Below, piece by piece: positions 30,304 to 39,230 of a stretch of 64,000 nt of DNA; position 1 is the stretch's first letter; every line of letters begins with the position of its first letter. Made by a program: the position numbers and the translations under genes. This DNA comes from an uncultured Dehalococcoidales bacterium (GTDB lineage: Bacteria > Chloroflexota > Dehalococcoidia > Lucifugimonadales > Lucifugimonadaceae): NCBI GenBank assembly GCA_964620935.1, contig CAZUHW010000004.1, positions 14,362 to 78,361 of the forward strand, in the 5' to 3' direction. A model generated the notes under the pieces. That model ran no database searches and was not told where the DNA came from. It saw nothing but the letters and a program-made list of their open reading frames with translations.

Positions 30304-30379
30304 GGGGCTGTAGCTCAGCCGGTAGAGCACCTGCTTTGCAAGCAGGGGGTCAGGAGTTCGAGCCTCCTCAGCTCCACCA
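30304..30379 (+). tRNA. tRNA-Ala (anticodon UGC), CCA encoded
   Basis: 76-nt cloverleaf folded by hand: acceptor GGGGCUG/CAGCUCC with G3:U70, anticodon loop UUUGCAA, T-loop GUUCGAGC, 3' ACCA. Confidence 0.95.
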
Positions 30380-30503
30380 TTAATTTAAACCTATATCTTT
30401 ATTATTTTCTTAAATTATTTCTTATTTGTTATTCTGTAATTATGTTTGATGATTATTTTGGTAGAAAAAGGAAAAGTTTTTCTAAAAGAGAAAAGGAATT
30501 ATT

Positions 30504-31700
30504 ATGAAAATATTATGCGTTTTATACGATGATCCGGTTGATGGCATGCCTAAATCATATCCAATGAATGATCTTCCTCATTTAGACAAATATCCTGACG
30601 GCATGTCATTACCAAATCCAAAGAGTATAGATTTTACCCCTGGTGAACTTTTGGGTTGTGTTTCAGGTGAGTTGGGCCTAAGAAAATTTTTAGAAGAAAA
30701 TGGACATAGTTTAGTTGTAACATCTGATAAAGATGCTAAAGGATGTGTAGCAGATAAAGAACTAGTAGATTCAGACATAGTTATTTCTCAACCTTTTTGG
30801 CCTTATTACCTAACAAGAGAAAGAATTGAATCTGCAAAAAACTTGAAAATGGCAATAACTGCTGGAATAGGATCTGATCATGTTGATCTGCAAGCAGCTA
30901 TTGACAACAAAGTTGATGTAGTAGAAGTCACTTATTGTAATTCAAGATCAGTATCTGAGCATATTGTAATGATGATTCTCGCTATGGTTAGGGATTATCA
31001 TAACCAACACAAAATAGTTAATGATGGTGGTTGGCATATAGCAGATGCAGTAAAAAGATCTTATGATGTCGAAGGTATGAACGTTGGCACGATAGCAGCA
31101 GGAAGAATTGGATATGATGTATTAAGAAAGATGCACCCTTTTGATGTTCACCTTCATTATAACGATCGGCATAGATTACCTATAGAAAAAGAAAAGGAAT
31201 TGAACTTAACATATCATGAAACTGTTGAATCTTTAGTCTCTGTGTGTGACGTTATAAACATTAGTTGCCCATTACACTCAGAAACCGAAAATCTTTTTGA
31301 TGAAGAGATGATTAGCAAATGTAAAAAAGGAGCATATGTAATTAATACAGCAAGAGGAAAAATCGTTAATAGAGAGGCTATGGCTAAGGCATTAAAATCA
31401 GGTCATATAAGCGGTTATGCAGGAGATGTTTGGTTTCCTCAACCTGCCCCAAATGATCACATTTGGAGAAAAATGCCAAATCACGGAATGACCCCTCATA
31501 CTAGTGGAACTTCATTATCTGCTCAATCAAGATATGCATCTGGTGTCAGAGAAATTCTTGAATGTTTTTTTGATGGAAATCCTATAAGAAATGAATATCT
31601 TATTGTTGAAAATGGCGACTTGGCAGGAATGGGGGCACATTCATACTCTAAGGGTAGTGCTACAGGAGGATCAGAAGAGGCTGCAAACTTTAAGAAGTGA
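30504..31700 (+). CDS. fdh: NAD-dependent formate dehydrogenase
   Basis: MKILCVLYDDPVDGMPKSYP..., Rossmann motif GTIAAGRIG, and the C-terminus HSYSKGSATGGSEEAANFKK typical of soluble NAD-FDH. Confidence 0.9.
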   Translation: MKILCVLYDDPVDGMPKSYPMNDLPHLDKYPDGMSLPNPKSIDFTPGELLGCVSGELGLRKFLEENGHSLVVTSDKDAKGCVADKELVDSDIVISQPFWPYYLTRERIESAKNLKMAITAGIGSDHVDLQAAIDNKVDVVEVTYCNSRSVSEHIVMMILAMVRDYHNQHKIVNDGGWHIADAVKRSYDVEGMNVGTIAAGRIGYDVLRKMHPFDVHLHYNDRHRLPIEKEKELNLTYHETVESLVSVCDVINISCPLHSETENLFDEEMISKCKKGAYVINTARGKIVNREAMAKALKSGHISGYAGDVWFPQPAPNDHIWRKMPNHGMTPHTSGTSLSAQSRYASGVREILECFFDGNPIRNEYLIVENGDLAGMGAHSYSKGSATGGSEEAANFKK

Positions 31701-31734
31701 AATCTGATAAGGATTAATTATTGAAATTTTGTTT

Positions 31735-32337
31735 CTAAGGCAGTTTGCTTACTAGATTTTCTAAAAATTTTTTTGAATCTTCTCCTGATGTTCTTAGTGG
31801 CTCTATTAGAAAAACAATATTTCCATAAATTATATATTCTGTATAAAGAGGTTCCCTTCTTGGGCAAGAAATTTCTTTATCTAAATATTCAACCTTATCG
31901 TCATTAAAGATTTTTAACTTATTTATTATAAACGTATTGCCCATGCCTAAATTGGAACTTATGTCTTCACTTAATTTTTGATTTTCAAGAACTATATCGC
32001 CATATCCTCTACACGCAGTCTTTTCTACTTTTCTTCCAAACGCAATATTTTTTTCTATTACTTCTATTAACTCAGTTTGCTCTTCTGCTGCAATTTTTCC
32101 TTTTGTATTTGCTAAATCTAGAGAAGGATACATAAGAATTCCTACCTCTCTTCCTTTATAGTAAGCCCAACTTGATTCTATTGATTCAGGAAAATCGGTT
32201 TCAAACTTACCTTGAATTTTTATTCCAGTAGATTTGATATCCTCAACAGAATAAACTTTGTTTGATTCGAGTTTAGAGTTACCTGAGCAACTTAGTAATA
32301 ATATCAGTACTATAAATAAAAGTTTCTTCATTTTCAT
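31735..32337 (-). CDS. lipoprotein, hypothetical
   Basis: MKMKKLLFIVLILLLSC lipobox. No family recognised. Confidence 0.5.
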   Translation of the reverse strand: MKMKKLLFIVLILLLSCSGNSKLESNKVYSVEDIKSTGIKIQGKFETDFPESIESSWAYYKGREVGILMYPSLDLANTKGKIAAEEQTELIEVIEKNIAFGRKVEKTACRGYGDIVLENQKLSEDISSNLGMGNTFIINKLKIFNDDKVEYLDKEISCPRREPLYTEYIIYGNIVFLIEPLRTSGEDSKKFLENLVSKLP

Positions 32338-32394
32338 AATTTACCAAGTTAACTTTCCAGATATTTCTTGTTAAATTCGCTTGCAGAGATTATT

Positions 32395-33876
32395 TTAATC
32401 ATAAGAGGCTTCATCTTTTTGAAAAGGAAACATTGGTTTCCTTATATTTTTAAAATTAAAATTATGAAGTCCAGATGCAGTAACCCCTGGAGAATCTAAA
32501 GCAATTATTTTTGAAGCTATTGGCTCAAAAGCTGGTCTCGGCGACATTACTCCTTTGGCTACTATTATTGGATAATTCATTGGATCTAATCCCAATGAAT
32601 AATATAACTGGATACTAGTATTTCCAATTCTCTTACTAGTTAGTATTAACGTATTCTCATCCTCAGTCTCAATAACAACTGAATCACCCGCATCAAAATA
32701 TCTATACCCTCCATGAGTTTTTCCAAGGTCTTCAAATTCTCCTTCAAAATATTTTTTTACTGTTCCTGTTACCTCAATGGGATCCCCATGCAATGAGTCG
32801 CTTTTCCCTCCCACTTTTAGTGTAACCATGGAACCAATTTTATTCATACATTTTTCAACAGCTTCAGGGTCATATAGAGTTTGAAGAATACCGCTAACAC
32901 CTATTTCTCTTGCCTTGTGGAGTATGTGAGTAGAATCTGCTGAAGACCCTGCCCCTATATTATCTCCGGAGTCCATTAAAACTACCGGTTTTTCTCTAAT
33001 TGATACCGCTTCTCTTAAGCCCTTTTCTATTGATGGAGCTGAAGAATCCATTTCAAATCTTTTATCCCAAGCATATTTTGCTATTTTTTTTGAATATTCT
33101 TTGGCTTTATCCATATTATTGTTGGTAATTACAACGAATGACATTCCCATTTTTTTAATATCTGAGTATGGATATCCTTCAGCAACACTTACTGAAAGAA
33201 CTTCATCGTCAGAATATAGTTTTCTAGATTCTGAAAGAATTGATTTCATGGGATCCTCATTAGTATTGTGATTTACTATATTGATTATCATTGGAGGTGT
33301 TTCAATTGATTGCACTGGAATAATTTCCTTTTCAACAGTTTTATATATTAGTTCTGCGCATTTATATCCAGTTTCATCTGCGTCTAAATGTGGAGTTGTT
33401 TGATATACATTAGTAATGTCTGTGCTCAATATCATTTGCTCAGAAACATTTGCATGCATATCAAGATTAATGCCAAAAGGCACCTCAGGACCTATAAGAT
33501 TTCTTACCCTTCTTGTAATTTCGCCGTCCATATCATGAAATTCTTCTGAAACCGCAGCTCCATGAAGATTCATTAGGATTGCATCAAAAGGGCCATTACT
33601 TTCTATCAGATCTAATATTTCTGAAATTAATTTTTCAAATGTTTCAGATGTTATCGTTCCAAGAGGTCCAGTATTAGCAAATAATAAAGGCACTATATCA
33701 AACCCGAAATCTTGAGAAGCTTTGTAAAAACCACCTATTGTAGAAGGGGTTTCATAAAGTTTTTCTATTTCATTTCCTCTTAGCAGTATTCCGCTTTTTT
33801 CAAAATTCTCATATTCAGTTGGGATGCTGTGAAATGTATTTGTTTCGTGACTAATTCCTGCCAATCCAAATCTCAT
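32395..33876 (-). CDS. M81-family metallopeptidase (MlrC-like)
   Basis: N-terminus MRFGLAGISHETNTF is typical of the MlrC N-terminal domain; 493 aa. Confidence 0.7.
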   Translation of the reverse strand: MRFGLAGISHETNTFHSIPTEYENFEKSGILLRGNEIEKLYETPSTIGGFYKASQDFGFDIVPLLFANTGPLGTITSETFEKLISEILDLIESNGPFDAILMNLHGAAVSEEFHDMDGEITRRVRNLIGPEVPFGINLDMHANVSEQMILSTDITNVYQTTPHLDADETGYKCAELIYKTVEKEIIPVQSIETPPMIINIVNHNTNEDPMKSILSESRKLYSDDEVLSVSVAEGYPYSDIKKMGMSFVVITNNNMDKAKEYSKKIAKYAWDKRFEMDSSAPSIEKGLREAVSIREKPVVLMDSGDNIGAGSSADSTHILHKAREIGVSGILQTLYDPEAVEKCMNKIGSMVTLKVGGKSDSLHGDPIEVTGTVKKYFEGEFEDLGKTHGGYRYFDAGDSVVIETEDENTLILTSKRIGNTSIQLYYSLGLDPMNYPIIVAKGVMSPRPAFEPIASKIIALDSPGVTASGLHNFNFKNIRKPMFPFQKDEASYD

Positions 33877-33893
33877 AATTACTCCTTTTTGTT

Positions 33894-35609
33894 CTAATTA
33901 TTTTTTTTAGTCATTAAATCCTTTATTAATATATCAACTGATATTTTAGAAGGCACGAATGTTTCTTCTTTATCAGAATTGCTGAACTTAAAACCTAAAT
34001 AATTTTGATTTGCAACATAATTACAAATGGCTTTATATCTCGACATTCCGCCTGCATAAGGCATGAAGCCTCTTGGTTTACCGGGTATATTCGCACCATA
34101 ATACCAAGATTTCTTAGCATGAATAAATAATGTTTCATTTGCAACATCATTAACATGCTTTGTCCAATTATTCATAGATTCTTTGGAAGCTTCTACATAA
34201 TCAATATTATTTTTTTCTACATAAGATATACAATCATTAATCCATTCAACATGCTGTTCTATTGGCACAACCATATTACATAAAACTGAAGGGCTACCTG
34301 GACCAGTAATTGTAAATAAATTTGGAAACCCTGAAACCTGTATGCCAAGGAAAGTTTGCGGACCTTCTCTCCATACGTCTTTTAATTTTAAACCTTCTCG
34401 GCCTCTTATATCTATATTTAAAAGTGGGCCAGTCATTGCATCAAACCCTGTCGCATAAACCAAAATATCTAGTTCGTATTCTTTATTTTTAGTCTTCACT
34501 CCTTTAGGGGTAATAGATTCAATTGGAGATGATTTAAGATCAACCAAAGTAACATTATCTTTATTAAAAGTTTCAAAATAATTTGTATCGATAGGAGGCC
34601 TTTTAGAAGCAAAGGCATGGTCAATATCAGTTAAAATTTTAGCATTTTTAGGGTCTTTCACTATTTTACGAATTTTCCTTTTTATAAAATCTGATGCGAG
34701 ATCATTAGCCTTTTTATCAAACGCAATGTCATTAAAGCAGGCCCTAAAACCCAACCCCCCATTAATCCATGCCTCTTCAAATATTTTTTCACGCTCTTCT
34801 TCGCTTGCATCAAATATTTTCTGTTCAGAAAATTTAAAAAAATGCCCATTGGTATTGGATTGAATAGTGTTTTTTATTTCTTCATAATTTTCTTTAATAT
34901 ATTTTTTAAATTCTGGACTTAATTGATGATTACTTGCAGGCACGCTGAAATTTGCTGAACGCTGAAAAATAGTAAGGTGTTTTGATTTTTCAGCTATTTC
35001 AGGCGCTGACTGTATCCCAGTTGATCCCGTACCTATTTGCCCTACCCTTTTATCGTTAAAATCTACTTCTTCATGCGGCCAATCGCCTGTATGATAACTT
35101 TCGCCTAAAAAGCTATCTAATCCAGTAAAATTGGGTATATTTTTTGAAGATAAACAACCTACTGCTGTTATAAGATATTTGCATTCAAATTCTTCTAAAG
35201 AGTCAGTTTTAACTAGCCATTTATTATTATTTTCATTGTAATGAGATGAAATAACTTTTTTATCAAAGTAAATATCTTTCTTTAGGCTAAATTTATCAGC
35301 TACATGATTTAAGTATTTAACTACCTCTGAATGACCTGGATATCTTTCAGACCATTCCCATTCTTCAAATAAATCTTTGCTAAATGTATATGAATAAGTA
35401 AAGCTCTCTGAATCACATCTAGCACCAGGATACCTATTCCAAAACCATGTGCCTCCAACACCACTACCAGCCTCAATTACTTTTACAGAAAGTCCTAAAT
35501 CACGCAAGGAATACAATTGATATAAACCTGAAAATCCTGCGCCTATTATAATAGCGTCAAGAATAGGTCTTTGAGTATCTTTAATATTATTAAGTGGTTC
35601 ATTGTCCAT
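33894..35609 (-). CDS. Baeyer-Villiger (flavin, NADPH-dependent) monooxygenase
   Basis: FAD motif IIGAGFSGL, BVMO fingerprint FLGESYHTGDWP (FxGxxxHxxxWP), and second Rossmann motif GTGSTGIQ. Confidence 0.85.
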   Translation of the reverse strand: MDNEPLNNIKDTQRPILDAIIIGAGFSGLYQLYSLRDLGLSVKVIEAGSGVGGTWFWNRYPGARCDSESFTYSYTFSKDLFEEWEWSERYPGHSEVVKYLNHVADKFSLKKDIYFDKKVISSHYNENNNKWLVKTDSLEEFECKYLITAVGCLSSKNIPNFTGLDSFLGESYHTGDWPHEEVDFNDKRVGQIGTGSTGIQSAPEIAEKSKHLTIFQRSANFSVPASNHQLSPEFKKYIKENYEEIKNTIQSNTNGHFFKFSEQKIFDASEEEREKIFEEAWINGGLGFRACFNDIAFDKKANDLASDFIKRKIRKIVKDPKNAKILTDIDHAFASKRPPIDTNYFETFNKDNVTLVDLKSSPIESITPKGVKTKNKEYELDILVYATGFDAMTGPLLNIDIRGREGLKLKDVWREGPQTFLGIQVSGFPNLFTITGPGSPSVLCNMVVPIEQHVEWINDCISYVEKNNIDYVEASKESMNNWTKHVNDVANETLFIHAKKSWYYGANIPGKPRGFMPYAGGMSRYKAICNYVANQNYLGFKFSNSDKEETFVPSKISVDILIKDLMTKKNN

Positions 35610-35673
35610 AATTCAATTCTTGATCCCTTAGGGATTATTAAACTATAGTATAAAAAAATAAAAAAGTTTTCTT

Positions 35674-36438
35674 ATGAGATTAAATGATAAATCAGTAATA
35701 ATAACTGGAGCCGGGTCTGGCATCGGCAAAGCTTGCGCTCAACTATTTAATAAAGAGGGAGCAAACATTGTTCTTGCAGATATAAATGAAGAAGATTTAA
35801 ATAAAACAAAAGAAATTTTAGATCCGACCAAAAAATCCATCACGTATAAATGTGATGTTTCCTCAAAAAAAGACACCAAAGATTTAGTTAATTTTTCTAT
35901 AAAATCCTTAGGTTCTGTGGACATTTTAATTAATAGCGCAGGGGTTAATCCAAGAAATGCTCCTAAGGAATATGATTTTGAAGAAATATGGAATTGGGTA
36001 ATAGATGTAAACCTAAAAGGTTCATATCTAATGTCTTATTTTGCTGTAGAAAAAATGAAAGAAAATGGAGGGGGCGCAATACTAAACATAGCATCAATCA
36101 TAGGATTAGTAGGCTACGACCCAAAGATTAGTTCAGGCCTAAATTCTTATGCTCACTCTAAAGGTGGCGTTGTTCAACTGACCAGAGATATGGCAGTAGG
36201 TTTTGCCAAATCTAATATAAGGGTTAATTCATTATGCCCAGGATATGCCAAAACAAAACTTACCGAGCAATTATTTAAAGATGACAAAATTTTAGATCAT
36301 ATGAAATCACTTCATCCTATGGGTAGATTAGCTGAGCTAGAAGAAATCGCTAATGCAGCCTTATTTCTTTGTTCTGATGAAGCATCGTTTATAACAGGAG
36401 TTAACTTGCCTGTAGATGGCGGATACACAGCAAGATAA
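35674..36438 (+). CDS. short-chain dehydrogenase/reductase
   Basis: TGAGSGIG, NSAG and YAHSKGG (YxxxK); 254 aa. Confidence 0.9.
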   Translation: MRLNDKSVIITGAGSGIGKACAQLFNKEGANIVLADINEEDLNKTKEILDPTKKSITYKCDVSSKKDTKDLVNFSIKSLGSVDILINSAGVNPRNAPKEYDFEEIWNWVIDVNLKGSYLMSYFAVEKMKENGGGAILNIASIIGLVGYDPKISSGLNSYAHSKGGVVQLTRDMAVGFAKSNIRVNSLCPGYAKTKLTEQLFKDDKILDHMKSLHPMGRLAELEEIANAALFLCSDEASFITGVNLPVDGGYTAR

Positions 36439-36520
36439 TCTCATAAAAAAAGATAAACTTTTAGCGTAATCTACTTTAAGTTATTATTAATTTATAAAAC
36501 CAAATTATCTAAGGAGGCTT

Positions 36521-37702
36521 ATGGATTTTTCCATGTTTATGATGCCTTTGCATTTACCTTCTGAAAATCCTTCCCTTGCTTATAAGAGAGATCTTGATCT
36601 TATAAGTTATGCAGAAGATTTAGGATTTGATGAGTTCTGGGTAGGAGAACACCATTCTGCAGCTTGGGAAACTATACCTTCCCCTGAAATGTTTCTTGCA
36701 GCAGCCAGCCAGAGAACATCAAAAATAAAATTAGGTACTTCTATGATTAGTTTGCCTTTCCATCATCCATTTAATGTGGCAGAAAGGATGGCCTTTCTAG
36801 ATCACTTAACTGAAGGAAGAGCGTTATTTGGAATTGGAAGGTGCAGTCTGCCTACAGATATTAAATTATATCAAATCCCGTATTCTGACTTACAGCCCAT
36901 GATGGAAGAGTCTTTAAAAATAATTTCTTTGCTTTTTGAAAGTAATGAACCTATATCTTTTAATGGTAAATTCTGGACAATCAAAGATATGGTGCTACAA
37001 CTTAAATCTTATCAAAGACCCAAAATGCCAATAGCCATTGCATGTTCTGGCTCAAAAAACTCACTAGAATTTGCAGGGAAAAATGGCCTGAAAGCATTAT
37101 CTTTAGCAAAACCTCCTGGACCAAACTCAATACCCTTATCAAATCAATGGGATGTCATTTCAAGCACGGCGAAAAATGCTGGAGCAAAAGTTGATAGAAA
37201 AGAATGGGAGCTAGTTACTTATGTATATTTAGCTGACACCAAGAAACAAGCTTTGAGTGACATAGAATCAGGTGCCCACAGAGATATACATGAATATTTT
37301 TCTACTATAAATGACTACGGAATACAGCAATATAAATCTTCTCCTGAACAATCTGATGATGACGTAACTGTCTCATCTGTAATAAATGAAAGATCCTGGA
37401 TTATTGGGACTCCAGATGATGCAATTGAGCAAATAGAAAAGCTAGAAAAAGAAGCTGGAGGAATAGGCGGATTAATGATTACAACCCACGAATGGGTCAG
37501 CGAAAAGAAAAGCAAGTATTCAGCTGAACTTTTTGCAAGATATGTAATGCCTCATTTTAGAGGCCATAGTGCAGATCTTAAAAAAGAATGGGAAAGAACT
37601 AAGCAAGACTCAAAAGACGGCAAGTTAGCGCATGCCTCCGGCAAAAAAGTTGAAAATCCCTTTAATAAAGATCATAAAAGTAACCTACATACTGAAATAT
37701 AA
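36521..37702 (+). CDS. luciferase-like (LLM class) flavin-dependent monooxygenase
   Basis: Strong AAGGAGG Shine-Dalgarno site. AEDLGFDEFWVGEHH, the typical LLM N-terminal pattern. Confidence 0.75.
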   Translation: MDFSMFMMPLHLPSENPSLAYKRDLDLISYAEDLGFDEFWVGEHHSAAWETIPSPEMFLAAASQRTSKIKLGTSMISLPFHHPFNVAERMAFLDHLTEGRALFGIGRCSLPTDIKLYQIPYSDLQPMMEESLKIISLLFESNEPISFNGKFWTIKDMVLQLKSYQRPKMPIAIACSGSKNSLEFAGKNGLKALSLAKPPGPNSIPLSNQWDVISSTAKNAGAKVDRKEWELVTYVYLADTKKQALSDIESGAHRDIHEYFSTINDYGIQQYKSSPEQSDDDVTVSSVINERSWIIGTPDDAIEQIEKLEKEAGGIGGLMITTHEWVSEKKSKYSAELFARYVMPHFRGHSADLKKEWERTKQDSKDGKLAHASGKKVENPFNKDHKSNLHTEI

Positions 37703-37711
37703 CCCTCTTAA

Positions 37712-38866
37712 ATGAAGATAACAAATATAAAACCTTACGCGGCCCAATTTATCTCACAGTCTAGGTCATCTAAATCACATCCAAAAAAATGGGTTTTCAT
37801 TAAAATTGAAACTGATGAAGGAATTTACGGCTGGGGAGAAATTGGCACAGGCTCTTCGATTAGTGAAAAGCTAATGAGTACTGCAGTTAATGAAGTAACA
37901 GAACTGTTTATTGGTGAAAATCCGATAGATACAGAAAGATTATGGCATAAGCTTTTTAGAAAATTTTCTTATGTAGGTTCAAAAGGATTTACCACTTCTC
38001 TGATTGCGGGTTTCGATATTGCACTTTGGGACATTAAAGGGAAATACAGCAATATGCCAATTTATGATTTACTGGGGGGGAGGTTCAGAGATCCAGTAAG
38101 ACTTTATTGTAATTCGTGGTTTGATGGTTGTGATACTCCTGAAGATTATGCAAAAGCTGCAAAAACCAATCTCTTAGAAAAAGGTTATAGTGCTTGTAAA
38201 TTAGATCCATTTCTTGAGATGGTTCCTTATCACACTATGTATCAAGATGGATTTATTTCGCAAGATGGAGAAGAAGAAGGTTATGAGATTGTATCTGCTG
38301 TTAGAGATACCGTTGGTCCTAAATTTGAAATCCTAATAGATGCTCATGGTCACTATAACGTACCAAATGCAATACGGTTAGCAAATAATCTATACGATAG
38401 ATTCAAAATAGGATGGTTTGAAGAACCTCTGCCTCCTGAGAGCATTAAGGGATTAAAGCAAGTTAAAGAAAATACTGATGCTCCAATCTGTGTCGGAGAG
38501 CGACTTTATACTAGGTACGATTTTTTACCTGTTCTGGAAAATGGCTTATCTGACTACATAATGCCTGATACCGTATGGACCGGCGGAATTTCTGAAACAA
38601 TCAAAATAGCAAACATGGCTGAAACATATAATGTGCCTGTTTCTCCCCATGTTATCCCAGGAGGGCCAATAGAACTTATATCTGCTGCTCATGTTGTAAG
38701 TGCAATCCCAAATTTTTATAGACTAGAACACTCCTTGTCTCTTATCCCTGTTCACAATAGTTATCTAAAAGAGCCTTACAAGATTATTAATGGAGAATTT
38801 CACCTCAATAGCAACCCTGGCTTGGGATTCGATCTCAATGAAGAAAAATTGGAAAAGCTCTTTTAG
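37712..38866 (+). CDS. enolase-superfamily enzyme (mandelate racemase/muconate lactonizing family)
   Basis: GIYGWGE, DIALWDIKGK, metal ligands in IDAHG...FEEP...GER, and the C-terminus PGLGFDLNEE. Confidence 0.85.
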   Translation: MKITNIKPYAAQFISQSRSSKSHPKKWVFIKIETDEGIYGWGEIGTGSSISEKLMSTAVNEVTELFIGENPIDTERLWHKLFRKFSYVGSKGFTTSLIAGFDIALWDIKGKYSNMPIYDLLGGRFRDPVRLYCNSWFDGCDTPEDYAKAAKTNLLEKGYSACKLDPFLEMVPYHTMYQDGFISQDGEEEGYEIVSAVRDTVGPKFEILIDAHGHYNVPNAIRLANNLYDRFKIGWFEEPLPPESIKGLKQVKENTDAPICVGERLYTRYDFLPVLENGLSDYIMPDTVWTGGISETIKIANMAETYNVPVSPHVIPGGPIELISAAHVVSAIPNFYRLEHSLSLIPVHNSYLKEPYKIINGEFHLNSNPGLGFDLNEEKLEKLF

Positions 38867-38969
38867 CTTGTTATTGCAAAAGATCAAAAGGAATAAATAA
38901 AGTAGATAATATTCACTGGGGAATGATTATGATAAGAAAGGCATGAATTTATTCGTGTTGATACGGAAT

Positions 38970-39004
38970 CAGACCCTTAATTTTTTAAGGGTCTGAAATT
39001 TTTT
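38970..39004 (+). terminator. intrinsic terminator after the enolase-family gene
   Basis: 9-11 bp stem CAGACCCTTAA/TTAAGGGTCTG with a T-rich loop, followed by AAATTTTTT. Confidence 0.65.
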
Positions 39005-39013
39005 AAATCACTA

Positions 39014-39042
39014 TTGACATCATATACGTAACCGTGTAATAT
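39014..39042 (+). promoter_or_regulatory. near-consensus sigma-70 promoter, unit 1
   Basis: TTGACA at 39014-39019, a 17-bp spacer, and TAATAT at 39037-39042. Confidence 0.7.
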
Positions 39043-39049
39043 CTATTTC

Positions 39050-39176
39050 AACGTTAGACGTAACGAGTGGGAAATTGGAAGGGTGAACTCAAGGGACGCT
39101 GCATCTGGAAGAAGAACCACTATTCCGTATCGGGAGGATAGCTCTCACTCAGCAATGAGTGAGAGTTCTTTCTTTT
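39050..39176 (+). ncRNA. unclassified structured RNA, copy 1 (sRNA or cis-regulatory leader)
   Basis: The 5' end is inferred about 7-8 nt after the -10 hexamer. About 49% G+C (hand count) against an AT-rich background. Helices: 39052-56/39061-65, 39066-70/39117-21 and 39120-25/39136-41. Terminator: 10-bp stem 39142-51/39156-65 with a GCAA loop, then UUCUUUCUUUU. No credible ORF. Confidence 0.65.
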
Positions 39177-39230
39177 GTGCAACAAAAATACACGGAAAAG
39201 TTTAAGGAAATACACGGAAAAATTTGTCTA

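Noticed and set aside
30257-30503. tRNA-Ala as the edge of an integrated genomic island
   Set aside because: No integrase, no repeat of the tRNA 3' end, and no compositional shift that I could see. The flanking genes look like ordinary chromosomal content.
30442-30507. 21-codon upstream ORF (MFDDYFGRKRKSFSKREKELL) whose TGA overlaps the fdh ATG (ATGA)
   Set aside because: No Shine-Dalgarno site. An open stretch of this length has an appreciable chance of occurring at random. The A/G-rich sequence is more simply the fdh ribosome-binding region.
39069-39134. G-quadruplex from GGG tracts spaced 12 nt apart (39069, 39081, 39093) plus a fourth at 39132
   Set aside because: The loops are long (9, 9 and 36 nt), and the tracts are equally well explained by the helices and GGA motifs. 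There is no independent support.
39067-39141. GTG-initiated 24-codon ORF (MGNWKGELKGRCIWKKNHYSVSGG) inside each RNA unit, plus a 16-codon ATG ORF on the opposite strand
   Set aside because: No Shine-Dalgarno-like sequence and a non-ATG start. The region is better explained by helices and an intrinsic terminator. Such short ORFs are expected by chance in G+C-enriched sequence.
39050-39176. Possible SRP (4.5S) RNA because of the UCUGGAAGAAGAACC stretch
   Set aside because: I could not build the conserved helix-8 architecture (GGAA tetraloop flanked by symmetric and asymmetric loops, with a long closing helix). The 3' end is a plain terminator hairpin, and a tandem duplicate SRP RNA gene would be odd.
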